Program-made: the position numbers and the translations under genes | Part shown: piece after piece, positions 22,145 through 33,410 of the stretch | Layout of the letters: each line of letters opens with the position of its first letter | Position numbering within the stretch: the stretch's first letter is position 1 | Assembly (NCBI GenBank): GCA_963772365.1 | Contig: CAVYXA010000001.1 | Coordinates: 320,001 to 384,000 of the forward strand | Direction: 5' to 3' | Origin: an uncultured Verrucomicrobiae bacterium | Lineage (GTDB): Bacteria; Verrucomicrobiota; Verrucomicrobiia; Chthoniobacterales; UBA10450 | DNA: 64,000 nucleotides | Notes under the pieces: model-generated | What the model was told of the DNA's origin: nothing | The model's database searches: none | What the model saw: only the letters and a program-made list of their open reading frames with translations

Positions 22145-22909
22145 TTGAAGCCACTCCACCTCGGCTGCGTAAAATACCTGAACGCCCGGCCGCTCGTTCA
22201 CGGCTGGCCCGAGCGGGTGGTATTGGATCACCCGGCTTCACTCTGCGCCCAATTAGCCAGGGGCGACCTAGACGTGGCGCTTGTATCCAGCTTCGAATTC
22301 TTGCGCAATCCGATCTATCGGATTGTGGATGGCATCTCCATATCTTCTGATGGCCCCGTTTATAGCGTCGTAGTTGCGCACGGTGGTGCGCTCAGCGATG
22401 TGGAAGAAATCGAGCTCGATCCCGCTTCGGAAACTTCGGTCAATCTTTTGCGTTGTCTCCTGGCTTCTAAAAATTTCGCGCCGCGGTTAACGACAGTATC
22501 GACAGCCTGGATCAGTTCGCATCGGGCCCGACTTTTCATCGGTGATCAAGCCATTCGTTTTCGTCAGGAACACGAAACGGAATTCGAATTTTGGGATCTC
22601 GGCGCGGCTTGGAAGGAACTTGTCAATCTACCGTTCGTCTACGCGCTCTGGCTGGTCAGGCCGGAGTTTCCTGAACCTGACACTGTCGCACAGAAGTTGC
22701 GGGAGTTGCGCGACCGGAACCTGCCTCGAATCAAGCAACTGATTTCGAAAGAAACGAAGTTCGATCTCGATTTTTGCGAACGCTATTTTGCAGAGAACAT
22801 CCGATTCAGCTTTGGGGAACGAGAAAAGAAAGGTCTGCTCACTTTCGCCAATTTATGCGTCAAGCACGGTCTGCTGCCCGACCGAAATCGTTCGCTCGAG
22901 CTCGTCTAG
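22145..22909 (+). CDS. mqnA: Chorismate dehydratase (futalosine pathway)
   Basis: YLNARPL, GPVYSV, SETSVNL, IGDQA, DLGAAW...LPFVYALW. Confidence 0.88.
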   Translation: MKPLHLGCVKYLNARPLVHGWPERVVLDHPASLCAQLARGDLDVALVSSFEFLRNPIYRIVDGISISSDGPVYSVVVAHGGALSDVEEIELDPASETSVNLLRCLLASKNFAPRLTTVSTAWISSHRARLFIGDQAIRFRQEHETEFEFWDLGAAWKELVNLPFVYALWLVRPEFPEPDTVAQKLRELRDRNLPRIKQLISKETKFDLDFCERYFAENIRFSFGEREKKGLLTFANLCVKHGLLPDRNRSLELV

Positions 22910-23848
22910 ATAAGATCGACATCCGCGTCGGGATCTCCGGCTGGCGTTATCCGGGGTGGCGGGGCAAATTTTACCCGAAAGACCTGCCGCAACGCCGCGA
23001 GCTCGAATTTGCTGCGAGCAAATTCAATTCCGTTGAGATCAACGGCTCGTTCTACTCACTTCAGCTTCCCTCCAGCTATCAGCGCTGGTATGCGGAAACG
23101 CCCGATGATTTTCTCTTTGCGGTCAAAGGAGGGCGATTCATCACTCACATGAAAAAGCTTCGCGAGGTTAGAACTCCGCTGGCCAACTTCTTTGCTTCGG
23201 GTGTACTCTGCGTTGCGAGAAAAACTTGGCCCGATCCTGTGGCAGTTGCCTCCCAATCTCGGGTGGGACCGACAGCGCTTGCAGACTTTTCTTGGGTTGC
23301 TCCCTCGTGAAACGGCCGAGGCGGCGAAGCTCGCAACCAAACACGACGACAAACTAAAAGCGCCAGCCTGGACCAGGATCGACATCTCGCGTCTCCTTCG
23401 TTATGCCATCGAAGTCCGTCACGATAGTTTCATGACTCCTGATTTTTTCGATCTGCTGCGCCGGTGCAATGTCGCATTCGTCTTCGCCGATACTGCCAAG
23501 AAATGGCCTTACGCCGAAGATTTGACCGCAGATTTCATTTACATCCGCCTTCATGGCGCCGAAGAAATTTATGTCAGTGGTTATGGCGACCACGCGTTGA
23601 ATTGGTGGGCAGAGCGGATCGAGAAATGGCAGCATGGCCGACAACCTCTCGACGCGACTGTTATTGGGTCTGCCCGAGGCGACAATAGAGCGCGTGATGT
23701 GTTTGTTTATTTCGATAACGACGCCAAAGTATTCGCGCCGTTTGACGCCATCCGGCTTTGCCAGAGATTGCAGCGCGTCGAACAGTTGCCGGTTGATCGG
23801 CCGGAGCGTGAACCAAGAGCAAAACGAAAATGCGCACCATCATTGTAA
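22855..23848 (+). pseudogene. DUF72 (YecE-like) protein, one apparent frameshift near 23209
   Basis: GISGWRY...VEINGSFY in one frame continues as KLGPILWQLPP...YIRLHG...YFDND in another; start uncertain; the indel may be sequence error. Confidence 0.85.
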
Positions 23849-24891
23849 CCGGTTCAGCCGGCCTGATTGGTTCTGAAACCGCCAGGTATTTTGCCGGAAA
23901 AGGCGGGCGCATCGTGGGAATCGACAACGATATGCGCTCGCAATTTTTCGGGCCAGAAGCTTCGACAAAGAAAACGCGCGACGCTTTGATCAAGAATCTC
24001 CGCAGTTACGAGCATCATAGCATCGACATTCGAGATGCGGCCAAGATCGACAGTTTATTCAAACAACATTCCGGTAACGTTGACGCGATCGTGCATACTG
24101 CTTCTCAGCCGTCGCATGACTGGGCGGCGCGCGATCCGCAAACCGATTTCACGGTAAACGCGAACGGCACCCTCAACTTATTGGAAGCGGCACGGAAGTT
24201 CTGCCCCGAAGCCGCCTTCATTTTTACATCGACAAATAAAGTCTATGGCGACACGCCCAATCGTTTGCCCTTGCGAGAGCTGGAAAAACGCTGGGAGATC
24301 GAACCCGGCCATAAATACGAACCGGGCATCTCCGAGTCGATGAGTATCGACAACACGAAACACTCTTTGTTTGGCGCGTCGAAAGTTGCGGCGGATGTGC
24401 TCGTGCAGGAATACGGACGCTATTTTGGAATGCCGACGGTTTGCTTCCGGGGAGGTTGCCTTACCGGACCGGCCCACGCCGGAACTGAGCTTCACGGGTT
24501 CCTTTCCTATTTAATGATCTGCACTGTCACCGGACGCCCGTATCGCGTTTTCGGTTACAAAGGAAAACAGGTGCGCGACAACATTCACAGCTTCGATCTG
24601 GTCGAAGCGTTTGCGGAATTCCTCCGCGCGCCGCGCGTCGGCGAGGTTTACAACATTGGCGGCGGCCGTCACAGCAATTGCTCGATGCTGGAAGCGATCG
24701 AGATGTGCGAGCAAATCAGCGGCAAGAAACTACTTTGGACTTACGAAGAAACGAACCGGATAGGCGATCACATCTGGTGGATCAGCGATGTGCGAAAGTT
24801 TCAATCCCATTATCCGAATTGGAAGTTCCGCTACGGAATGCGAGAAATTCTGGAAGAAATCCATCGCGCGGTCGCAACCAAGCCGCTTTGA
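23830..24891 (+). CDS. NAD-dependent epimerase/dehydratase (CDP-paratose 2-epimerase-like)
   Basis: [29 protein letters not shown]. Confidence 0.9.
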   Translation: MRTIIVTGSAGLIGSETARYFAGKGGRIVGIDNDMRSQFFGPEASTKKTRDALIKNLRSYEHHSIDIRDAAKIDSLFKQHSGNVDAIVHTASQPSHDWAARDPQTDFTVNANGTLNLLEAARKFCPEAAFIFTSTNKVYGDTPNRLPLRELEKRWEIEPGHKYEPGISESMSIDNTKHSLFGASKVAADVLVQEYGRYFGMPTVCFRGGCLTGPAHAGTELHGFLSYLMICTVTGRPYRVFGYKGKQVRDNIHSFDLVEAFAEFLRAPRVGEVYNIGGGRHSNCSMLEAIEMCEQISGKKLLWTYEETNRIGDHIWWISDVRKFQSHYPNWKFRYGMREILEEIHRAVATKPL

Positions 24892-24908
24892 AATTTGAGC
24901 GACTAACC

Positions 24909-25331
24909 TCAATACTGCTCGCCTTCATCCTCGGTCGGGAGCACGCGATCTTCCGCTGCCCAGGCGTGAATCATCACCCCGATCCAGTAGAAAACGAGGA
25001 TGCCGATTCCAAAGCCGGCGGAAGCGAACGCCGCTAGAAGTCCGAAGGCGATGGCCACCGGCGTGATCAGGAACAGCAAAACCGCGCCCATGACCCGGTG
25101 ACCCTTGTAGATGTGCCCGAGCCCCGGAACAATACTCAGCAGGATTGCCATCGCATCGCTCGCTTTTGGCTCGGCCGGCTTGGTCGCTTCGCGTGTCCAA
25201 TCGCAGTTGGTACACGCCTCGGCGTCCTCCGGTAAAATCGCACCGCAATAGGGACAGGCCATGGTCCCGGGCGGCGTGCTCGGCCCGGTTTGCGTCGGTG
25301 CATCTGTATATTCGACGTCCATAAGATCCAC
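24909..25331 (-). CDS. Zinc-ribbon membrane protein
   Basis: CPYCG...CTNC followed by PGLGHIY and two hydrophobic segments. Confidence 0.75.
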   Translation of the reverse strand: MDLMDVEYTDAPTQTGPSTPPGTMACPYCGAILPEDAEACTNCDWTREATKPAEPKASDAMAILLSIVPGLGHIYKGHRVMGAVLLFLITPVAIAFGLLAAFASAGFGIGILVFYWIGVMIHAWAAEDRVLPTEDEGEQY

Positions 25332-25433
25332 AATTCAAAGTCACAATTTGCATGATGTTCGTCAAGCAATTGTCGGGGTCTCGCGAAAATCCTTTGGGAT
25401 TGGCGTCTGTCACAGACGCCCTACAATTACACG

Positions 25434-26189
25434 ATGCCTTCGCTCGTCGCCGTCGCCGCTTACATTGACGATTTACTTCGTATCCGCGACATCCAGGATT
25501 GGCCAAACGCCCTGAATGGTCTTCAAATCGAAAACTCCGGGCGAGTGACCAAGATCGGCGCATCGGTGGACGTTTCGACGCGAATACTGAAAGCGGCAGC
25601 CAAAAAAAATGTCGATCTTCTGATCGTCCATCACGGTTTGTTCTGGCCGGGACTGCAACCGGTGACAGAGTCATTGCATCGGCAATTGCGGATTGCATTC
25701 GAACACAACATCGCGCTTTACAGCGCACATCTTCCGCTCGATGTGCATTCCCGATTGGGGAACAATTCGCAACTCGCGGCTGCCCTTGGTTTGAAATCGA
25801 CTAAGCCGTTCCTCGAAGAGAAAGGTCAATCGATCGGATTAAGAGCGCGTTTTTCATTATCGAGAGAACAGCTGGTTCGCCGGGTGAGCAGTGTGTTAAA
25901 GGCTCCAGTGAAAACGTTTCGATTCGGACCGAAAACGACGAAAAATATTGCCGTCGTGACCGGCGGCGCGGGCTCGGAAATTTACCGCGTCGCGGAGCAG
26001 CAGATCGATACCTTCATCACCGGCGAAGCGCCGCATTGGGCGGCTATTGCCGCGGAAGAACTCGAAATCAATCTGATTCTCGGCGGCCATTACGCGACCG
26101 AAACCTTCGGCGTCAAAGCTTTAGCCGCGCATTTATCGAAACGCTTCAAACTTCCGTGGGAATTGATTGGTTTTCCCACGGGACTGTAA
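25434..26189 (+). CDS. Nif3-like dinuclear metal centre protein (YbgI/DUF34)
   Basis: NGLQIE, IVHHGLFW, HLPLD, GGHYATETFG. Confidence 0.95.
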   Translation: MPSLVAVAAYIDDLLRIRDIQDWPNALNGLQIENSGRVTKIGASVDVSTRILKAAAKKNVDLLIVHHGLFWPGLQPVTESLHRQLRIAFEHNIALYSAHLPLDVHSRLGNNSQLAAALGLKSTKPFLEEKGQSIGLRARFSLSREQLVRRVSSVLKAPVKTFRFGPKTTKNIAVVTGGAGSEIYRVAEQQIDTFITGEAPHWAAIAAEELEINLILGGHYATETFGVKALAAHLSKRFKLPWELIGFPTGL

Positions 26190-26193
26190 GCCA

Positions 26194-27807
26194 ATGGCAG
26201 CGGCGCAAGATCGACAATCGAGCACGCGCGCGACTGGCGTCGTTGGGCTGGCGATTCTTTGCAGCCGCCTTCTCGGTCTGATTCGAGAACAGGTGTTTGC
26301 GGGGCTGTTTGGCGCTGGAAGAAATCTCGACGCATTCCTGATGGCGTTTCGCCTGCCGAATCTGCTGCGCGATCTGTTTGCCGAGGGCGCGCTTTCGACA
26401 GCGTTCATTACAACGTTTTCGCAAAAGATCGCAGTCGAAGGTGATGAATCGGCCTGGCGGCTGGCAAATAAAGTCGCGACCCTCACGGCCCTTTTCATGA
26501 GCGCGGTGACGCTGCTCGGGATCATTTTTGCGCCTCAGCTTGTCGATCTTCTCACCTGGGGCGCGTGGTCACCGGACAAGACTGCGCTAACCATTCTGCT
26601 TACGCGGATCATGTGGCCATTCATGCTTCTGGTTTCCCTGGCTGCGCTAGTGATGGGAATGCTGAACGCGAAACATGTGTTTGGACCGCCGGCCATGGCG
26701 TCGAGCTATTTCAATCTCGGCTCGATTATTGCCGGTGTCGGCATTGGTTGGTGGCTGGACCCGCACTTCGGCGCTCGCTCGCTCACCGGTTTAGCAATCG
26801 GAACATTGATCGGCGGCGCCTGGCAATTGAGCGCCCAATTTCCATCTTTGCGACGCGTCGGCTATAAATACAGGCCGGATTTTCACTGGCGTGATGAAGG
26901 CGTGCGCACGGTGCTAACGCTGATGGCTCCAGCCGTAATCGCCGCGAGCGCCGTCCAGGTCAACGTGCTCGTAAATAGCGGATTTGCTGCGAGTCTCGGC
27001 AACGGCCCGGTGAGTTGGCTCAACATCGCCTTTCGGTTGATGCAATTGCCATTGGGAATCTTCGGTGTTGCCATCGGCACGGTCACGCTTCCGCTCGTTT
27101 CGAAAAGTGCCGCGGTGGGAAACATGGATCAGTTCCGCGCGATTCTCGCTCGCGGGATGCGACTCGCGTTCCTACTCACCATCCCGTCCGCGATCGGTCT
27201 GGCGATGCTGGCGTCGCCAATAATCAGCGTGATTTATCAGCACGGTCGATTCACGCCGGAAATGACGCGTCAAACGGCTGGCGCGCTGCGCTTTTACGCT
27301 ATCGGCCTGGTTTCGTATGCAGCGCTTAAAGTGCTGACGCCCGCGTTTTACGCGATTGGAAAACGCAATACGCCGATGATTGTGAGCTTTCTCGCGATCG
27401 GCACAAATCTCTTTCTCAACTGGCTGTTCACCTTTCGCCTCGGGTGGGGTCATCGCGGCCTGGCTTTTTCCACAAGCATCGTGGCGACCATCAATTTCCT
27501 GTTGCTCTACTCGTTGATGCACCAGCAAACGCAGCGGCTCGAGACGCGCCAATTGCTCGAGGGCCTAGGGAAAATCTGCATCGCGGGCGCCTTGCTCGCG
27601 CTCGTCTGTTGGGCGGCAAATTACTGGTGGCTCGGTGCCTGGGCCCAACTGCGTTTTGTTCCCAAGCTTTGGATCCTGCTTGCAACCATTGCTTTTGGTG
27701 CCGGAATATTTTTCGGAACAGCCCTTCTGCTCCGGGTAAGCGAAGTTCAGGAAATTGTCGATCTCTTCCGGCGCAAATTCTGGCGGCCCAATCAGCCGAG
27801 CGCGTGA
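26194..27807 (+). CDS. murJ: Lipid II flippase MurJ (MviN)
   Basis: SRLLGLIRE, AFRLPNLLRDLFAEGALSTAF, RLMQLPLGIFG. Confidence 0.95.
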   Translation: MAAAQDRQSSTRATGVVGLAILCSRLLGLIREQVFAGLFGAGRNLDAFLMAFRLPNLLRDLFAEGALSTAFITTFSQKIAVEGDESAWRLANKVATLTALFMSAVTLLGIIFAPQLVDLLTWGAWSPDKTALTILLTRIMWPFMLLVSLAALVMGMLNAKHVFGPPAMASSYFNLGSIIAGVGIGWWLDPHFGARSLTGLAIGTLIGGAWQLSAQFPSLRRVGYKYRPDFHWRDEGVRTVLTLMAPAVIAASAVQVNVLVNSGFAASLGNGPVSWLNIAFRLMQLPLGIFGVAIGTVTLPLVSKSAAVGNMDQFRAILARGMRLAFLLTIPSAIGLAMLASPIISVIYQHGRFTPEMTRQTAGALRFYAIGLVSYAALKVLTPAFYAIGKRNTPMIVSFLAIGTNLFLNWLFTFRLGWGHRGLAFSTSIVATINFLLLYSLMHQQTQRLETRQLLEGLGKICIAGALLALVCWAANYWWLGAWAQLRFVPKLWILLATIAFGAGIFFGTALLLRVSEVQEIVDLFRRKFWRPNQPSA

Positions 27808-28907
27808 TCCAGGTCTTCAATCAAATCGTCGGCATTTTCGAGCCCGATTGATAAACGCAGCAAGCCGGGCGGTGATGTTGTTCCCGGTCCTTCGATTGAT
27901 GCGCGATGCTCGATCAAACTTTCGACACCACCCAGGCTGGTCGCGCGAGTAAAAATCTTTGTCTTCGCCGCGACTGACATCGCTGCATCGCTTCCATCTT
28001 TGACTTCGAACGACAGCATCCCGCCAAACGAGGACATTTGTTTCGCGGCGATCTCGTGACCAGGATGCGATTTCAATCCGGGATAATGCACACGGCCCAC
28101 TTGTCGATGCTGGGCTAGAAACGTCGCGACTTTGGCTGCGTTCTCGGAATGCGCCCGCATCCTCCAGGGCAAAGTACGCATGCCGCGCAAGATCAGCCAG
28201 CAATCGAAAGGTGAGGGGACCGCGCCACCCTCGTACTGGATATTATGGATGCGTTGAAAGAACTCGCCCTCGGATTTCGATACGACGATTCCTCCGAGCA
28301 CATCGCAGTGGCCGCCGAAATATTTTGTGGTCGAATGCAAAACCAGATCGGCGCCGAGTTCGAAAGGTCGCTGGAGAACCGGCGCCCAGGTGTTGTCGCA
28401 AACACAAATTGCCCCGGCGTCATGAACGACATCTGCCACCGCCTTCAGATCGACAATTTTCAACAGCGGGTTCGATGGCGTCTCCATCCAGGCCAGTTTC
28501 GTTTTCGCTCGAATAGCTTTCTTCACCGCGCTGAGATTGCTCATGTCGATGAAATCGGCCTCAAGGCCCCAACGAAGGAAAATCTCACGGACAATTCGCG
28601 ACGTCCCGTAGTAAGCATCGACGTGGGCAACCACGTGGTCGCCCGGCGCTAACGCCTGGAAGATCGACATCGTGGCGCCGCTTCCCGATGCAAATGCAAC
28701 GGCACTGGTGCCGCCCTCGAGAGCGCTGATCCCTTGCTCGAGCGCCTGGCGATTCGGATTATTGTTCCGGGCGTACATGAATCCGCGCGAATAACTTCCT
28801 TCCACATCGCGCTCGAAGGTCGTCGAAAGATGAATCGGCGGTGAGACTGCGCCTGTAGCCGGATCGATCGACTGACCCGCATGCACCGCGATAGTTTCAA
28901 TTTTCAT
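27792..28907 (-). CDS. PLP-dependent transsulfuration enzyme (cystathionine gamma-synthase/lyase family)
   Basis: METPSNP, DNTW, HSTTKYFGGH, ATSLGGVESL. Confidence 0.93.
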   Translation of the reverse strand: MKIETIAVHAGQSIDPATGAVSPPIHLSTTFERDVEGSYSRGFMYARNNNPNRQALEQGISALEGGTSAVAFASGSGATMSIFQALAPGDHVVAHVDAYYGTSRIVREIFLRWGLEADFIDMSNLSAVKKAIRAKTKLAWMETPSNPLLKIVDLKAVADVVHDAGAICVCDNTWAPVLQRPFELGADLVLHSTTKYFGGHCDVLGGIVVSKSEGEFFQRIHNIQYEGGAVPSPFDCWLILRGMRTLPWRMRAHSENAAKVATFLAQHRQVGRVHYPGLKSHPGHEIAAKQMSSFGGMLSFEVKDGSDAAMSVAAKTKIFTRATSLGGVESLIEHRASIEGPGTTSPPGLLRLSIGLENADDLIEDLDHALG

Positions 28908-29063
28908 TTGGCTGTGACGCTACTTGATTTCGCACGCCGCTGTCGATCTTACTGCATGTTTCGTTTGGCTCTCGCGGCTTTGAGAGTTGACTCGCGAACG
29001 CTTTCGGAGTTGACGGCTGGATTTGTCCAGCGCAAATAGCAAGCCTGCCCTTTGGGTAATTCC

Positions 29064-30326
29064 ATGACGATTTACGACGACGAAGTTTTTAAAATGGCGT
29101 GCGACCAGTTTCAGGTCATCGCCGATTACCTCAGCATCGACAAGAACGACCGGGAATGGGCGACCTATCCCAAGCGCGCTGTCGCAGTGACGCTGCCGGT
29201 CCACATGGATGACGGCACTACCAAAGCTTTCCAGGGTTATCGAGTCCAACATCACATCGCCCTCGGACCGACCAAAGGCGGCACGCGTTTCGCGCCATCA
29301 TTGTCGATGGGTGAAACGGCTGCGCTGGCCATGTGGATGAGCTGGAAATGCGCCCTCGCCCAATTGCCTTACGGCGGAGCGAAAGGCGGCGTGGCAGTCG
29401 ATCCAACGAAATTATCGCACGCGGAGCTCGAGGCCGTATCTCGCCGCTATATGCAGGAAATGATCCCATTTGTCGGGCCGCATACCGACATCATGGGACC
29501 CGACATGGGCACGAACGAACAGATCATGTCGTGGTTCATGGATACCTATTCGGTTTACATGGGTTATGCCGTAAACGAAATCGTGACTGGGAAACCGGTT
29601 TCCATCGGCGGGACCGAAGGCAGGCGAGAATCGACCGGGCGTGGTGTGGTTTATCTAATCGAGCGCGCGATGAACATGCTGAAGATGGATCCGGAAAAGT
29701 GCACAGCTATCGTGCAGGGATTTGGGAATGTCGGTTCGGTCGCGGCGCTTTCGCTTGCGCTCAAGAGCGGAGTAAAGGTCGTCGGGATCAGCGATGCCTA
29801 CGCGGCAGTCTACAATTCAAAAGGGATCGACGTGAAGGCAGCCGAGCAACATGTGTTAAAAAAGGGGTCGCTCAAGGCTTTCGACCAGGGCGACCGTGTC
29901 GATCCAAACGAGTTGCTGACGTTACCCTGCGATATTCTGGCGCCGTGCGCGGTTGATCGCGTGATCACTGATAAGAATGCTGGAAACATCAAGTGTCGTA
30001 TTCTGGCTGAAGGAGCGAATGGGCCAACTACGCCTGCAGCGGATTTAATTCTGGATCAGCGTCCAGATGAGGTATTTGTAATTCCCGATATACTTTGCAA
30101 CGCCGGCGGCGTTATTGTCTCGTACTTCGAATGGGTCCAGGGTCTGCAAAGCTTCCTTTGGAGCGAATCCGAAGTGACCGACAAGCTCTTCCGAATTCTC
30201 GAGCACTCTTTCGCGCAGGTGATCCGGCGGGCTCGCGACCATAAAATTTCCCATCGCACGGCAGCCATGGCGATTGGTGTTGAGCGGGTGCTTAAAGCCA
30301 AGCAAATGCGCGGTTTGTTCCCATGA
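29064..30326 (+). CDS. Glu/Leu/Phe/Val (glutamate) dehydrogenase
   Basis: GPTKGGTR, LPYGGAKGG, QGFGNVG, EGANGPTT, SYFEWVQ. Confidence 0.95.
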   Translation: MTIYDDEVFKMACDQFQVIADYLSIDKNDREWATYPKRAVAVTLPVHMDDGTTKAFQGYRVQHHIALGPTKGGTRFAPSLSMGETAALAMWMSWKCALAQLPYGGAKGGVAVDPTKLSHAELEAVSRRYMQEMIPFVGPHTDIMGPDMGTNEQIMSWFMDTYSVYMGYAVNEIVTGKPVSIGGTEGRRESTGRGVVYLIERAMNMLKMDPEKCTAIVQGFGNVGSVAALSLALKSGVKVVGISDAYAAVYNSKGIDVKAAEQHVLKKGSLKAFDQGDRVDPNELLTLPCDILAPCAVDRVITDKNAGNIKCRILAEGANGPTTPAADLILDQRPDEVFVIPDILCNAGGVIVSYFEWVQGLQSFLWSESEVTDKLFRILEHSFAQVIRRARDHKISHRTAAMAIGVERVLKAKQMRGLFP

Positions 30327-30332
30327 GCCGCG

Positions 30333-31277
30333 ATGAAGGCTTCGCATCGCGAAGATAACCGGCTAGATCGACAACTCGACGTTTTAACGGACGAGGAGAA
30401 CGGCGTGCGGATTATCGTTTCGCGTCTCGGCGCGGAGTTGATTAGCCTGGCCCGAGCGGACGAAACCGGCCAATGGACCGGTTTCCTCAATCGCGATGAT
30501 GACCTCAGCGCACCCGCGTCTGGCTGGGCGAATCACGCCACGGTAATGGGTTACTATTTGCACAGGCTAAAAAATGGCCGGAGTTCTTATCGCGGCCACG
30601 AGATCAAAGGCGGCACGCACGGTTTTCTTCGCCACAAAAAATGGAATCTGGCGGAGTGCGAAACCAACAGTGGCGCATGGCTGACCTATCGCATTACACC
30701 GCGGGATTTTTCCGAGGCCGAATATCCTTTGCGAGTCAGCCTCAATCTCACTTACAGGATCGACAACGAAAAGGTGGTCGTCACTTTTGCTTTTCGAAAT
30801 GAGGAACCGGAATTGACCGCGCACGTCGGCTTTGGGTTACACCCGGGTTTTGGCGCCACTTCTTTCGATGCTTTCCGGTTCCAAATGCCGCGGGGCCTTT
30901 ATCGCCGCTATTTTTCTCGGGAGAATTATCTCTCCGGCGAAACACGCGATATTGAGTTTTCGGGAGGCGAAATGCCGTTTCCCAAGAGTGAGCTTCCCGG
31001 GTCAGTCATCCTTCAATTGCTCGATGTTCCGCGACCTCAATTTTCGTTTGTCGATCCCCCGAGTGGTCGCTGGGTGATTGTCGATCTTAGTGGAGTGCCT
31101 TATCTCACCTTGTGGTCCGATGGCGGGCCGTTTCTCTGTATCGAGCCCTGCTGGGGCCTAACCGATCACCATCAGCAACGCGCTTTTGAAAACAAAGAGG
31201 GAATCCAAATAATCCCGCCTGCTGGTGAATTGCGAGCGTCCTTTAGCATGCTTCCGCAGTTTGCTTCCTGCGATTAG
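30333..31277 (+). CDS. Aldose 1-epimerase family protein
   Basis: GAELISL, THGFLR, GLHPGF, FLCIEPCWG. Confidence 0.8.
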   Translation: MKASHREDNRLDRQLDVLTDEENGVRIIVSRLGAELISLARADETGQWTGFLNRDDDLSAPASGWANHATVMGYYLHRLKNGRSSYRGHEIKGGTHGFLRHKKWNLAECETNSGAWLTYRITPRDFSEAEYPLRVSLNLTYRIDNEKVVVTFAFRNEEPELTAHVGFGLHPGFGATSFDAFRFQMPRGLYRRYFSRENYLSGETRDIEFSGGEMPFPKSELPGSVILQLLDVPRPQFSFVDPPSGRWVIVDLSGVPYLTLWSDGGPFLCIEPCWGLTDHHQQRAFENKEGIQIIPPAGELRASFSMLPQFASCD

Positions 31278-31315
31278 AATTGCTCACTACAAGTTTCTGA
31301 TCTCTGATTGCTGAT

Positions 31316-32293
31316 ATGCGGCTGGCTACAGTCATTCCTGAAGGTAAATCTACCCCGCTGGCGGCGGTTTCGGTGGACCCGAATCGCTTTGTTAGTTTGC
31401 ATACGTTCCTGAATTTTTTCGGTCTGCGCGATCTGCCGGAGAAAGCAACTGCCCCATTGGAGGATTTTCTTCCGCCGATCATGGGCCGGTTATCTGAGCT
31501 CACCCGCAAATTGAGTGACTGGCCGGAGCATCACGTGGTCTTTCAGAAACGCGGCGGAACAACTTTCCGGGCAAAGAGACTTTTAGCGCCCATTCTTCGT
31601 CCACCCACATTGCGCGAGTTCTATGGATTTGAGCAGCATGTGCGCACGGTTCGCAATCGACATGGACTTGATATGCCACAAAGATGGTACGAGATCCCTG
31701 CATTCTATTTCTCGAATCCGAACTCGCTGATCGGCAATGATGCGGAGGTCTTCGCGCCGGCCGGTTCGAATGAATTGGATTACCAACTTGAACTCGGCGT
31801 CGTCATTGGAAAATCAGCTCGCGACATCTCTACGGAACAGGCATGGCAATGCGTGGCTGGATTTACCATTTTCAACGATTTCAGTGCCAGGGATCTGCAA
31901 CGTGCGGAAATGGAGGCAGGGCTCGGTCCCGCCAAGGGGAAAGATTTCGCTACAGCGGTCGGACCCGCTCTTGTGACTCGGGACGAATTCAGCGATAAGA
32001 TCGACAAAGAAAGAATCTCACTGGATATGCGAGCTCGCGTGAATGGGCGGCAATTATCCTGGGGGAATAGTTCCACGCTGTTTCATAGTTTGCCCAAAAT
32101 GATCGCTCATGCCGCGCGAGATTCCGATCTTTTTCCCGGCGCGTTGCTTGGGACTGGTGGAGTTGGCGGCGGATGCATTTGGGAGTTGGGTCCGGAAAAT
32201 ACTGGCGGCTGGCTCAAGCCGGGCGACGTGGTCGAGTTGGAAATCGAGAGAATCGGCGTGCTACGGACGCGAGTAATCGCACGGAAACAATAA
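31316..32293 (+). CDS. Fumarylacetoacetate hydrolase family protein
   Basis: PAFYFSN, LDYQLELG, NDFSARDLQ, KGKDFAT, WLKPGDVVELE. Confidence 0.92.
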   Translation: MRLATVIPEGKSTPLAAVSVDPNRFVSLHTFLNFFGLRDLPEKATAPLEDFLPPIMGRLSELTRKLSDWPEHHVVFQKRGGTTFRAKRLLAPILRPPTLREFYGFEQHVRTVRNRHGLDMPQRWYEIPAFYFSNPNSLIGNDAEVFAPAGSNELDYQLELGVVIGKSARDISTEQAWQCVAGFTIFNDFSARDLQRAEMEAGLGPAKGKDFATAVGPALVTRDEFSDKIDKERISLDMRARVNGRQLSWGNSSTLFHSLPKMIAHAARDSDLFPGALLGTGGVGGGCIWELGPENTGGWLKPGDVVELEIERIGVLRTRVIARKQ

Positions 32294-32304
32294 CTCTGAT
32301 TGCG

Positions 32305-33222
32305 ATGGCAGCTTCCCTTCACGCTTTGCTGAGTCAATCAATCGATTACGCCGGGATGTTCCCGCCCTGCGCTCTCGATTTGGAACCGGCTCTCAAAAAC
32401 CAGGCAGAGTATGTCCGTTCGCCTGAATCGTGGATGCTCAGCACGTTTGTTCTTGCGGTGGCGAAGTTCGACAACGCCGTGTCGTTTGTATCAATGTTCG
32501 ATCTCAAATATCCGCTGCGCATCTCTGCTCTCGGACCGAAAACCAAAACGGGCGAGGCTTTTCGGACGGCATTGAAGGAGACAGTGGAAGCTATTCGAAA
32601 ATTCTCCGGACAGCATGCCGATCGCGTCGAGGTGAACCAGCTAGAAATGCCGGTTCGGTCCGATGTCGATCTTGGCTTACTCGCCGACGCGCGGTCGATC
32701 TTTGGTGACATGCAGGTGAATGTGTTTTGGGAAGCGCCGGCGGAAAGCGCCGAACGCGTGATCAAAATGCTAGCCAAACACGAAGCCGAGAATCATGCGA
32801 GGCCATTTGGATATAAATTGCGGACAGGAGGAGTGACCGCAGATGCATTCCCGACGTCGGAACAGATTTCGTCAGCACTTGTGGCGGCGGCTCAGCATCA
32901 CGTGCGCATCAAGTTTACGGCGGGCCTGCATCATCCGATTCGGCAGTTTCGTGATGAAGTGAAAACCAAAATGCATGGGTTTCTAAATGTGCTCGGGGCG
33001 GGCGTGCTGGCGGCTGAGCACACCTGGGATCAAGGACAAACCTCGGCCATGCTGGAAGACGAAGATCCCGGATCGTTTTCGTTTGATGATACGCTTTTTG
33101 CCTGGCGCGATTGGAAAATTGCCACTCATCGGATCAAGGCACGCCGAAAATTTGTGACTTCGTTCGGCAGTTGCAGTTTCAATGAGCCGCGAGAGGATCT
33201 CCGGACATTAAGATTTCTGTAG
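32305..33222 (+). CDS. Conserved hypothetical protein in FAH cluster
   Basis: IDYAGMFPP, KLRTGG, KFTAGLHHP, SFGSCSFNEP motifs; function not assigned. Confidence 0.8.
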   Translation: MAASLHALLSQSIDYAGMFPPCALDLEPALKNQAEYVRSPESWMLSTFVLAVAKFDNAVSFVSMFDLKYPLRISALGPKTKTGEAFRTALKETVEAIRKFSGQHADRVEVNQLEMPVRSDVDLGLLADARSIFGDMQVNVFWEAPAESAERVIKMLAKHEAENHARPFGYKLRTGGVTADAFPTSEQISSALVAAAQHHVRIKFTAGLHHPIRQFRDEVKTKMHGFLNVLGAGVLAAEHTWDQGQTSAMLEDEDPGSFSFDDTLFAWRDWKIATHRIKARRKFVTSFGSCSFNEPREDLRTLRFL

Positions 33223-33275
33223 CGGCAGTCTGTGACGTCGCAACTTTTTGTCGAAGGGAATAGCGGCAGTCATAG
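33219..33275. repeat. Degenerate GTAG-type REP pair
   Basis: GTAGcggcagtctgtgacgtcg, then a partial second arm cggcagtcatag. Confidence 0.45.
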
Positions 33276-33410
33276 CTGATTAGCTTAAGTCCTCCTTAGC
33301 CTTCAGAAATATCGTCAAAATTCCTGTATAAATGAGCTTGACTATTTGGGCCGAAACCAAGTAAGAACCGGTTCGGTCGGGGACTAAACCGAATAATAGG
33401 AGATAAATCT

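Noticed and set aside
23195..23225. Programmed frameshift in the first DUF72 gene
   Set aside because: A single extra base explains it and there is no clear slippery site at the junction; error or mutation is simpler.
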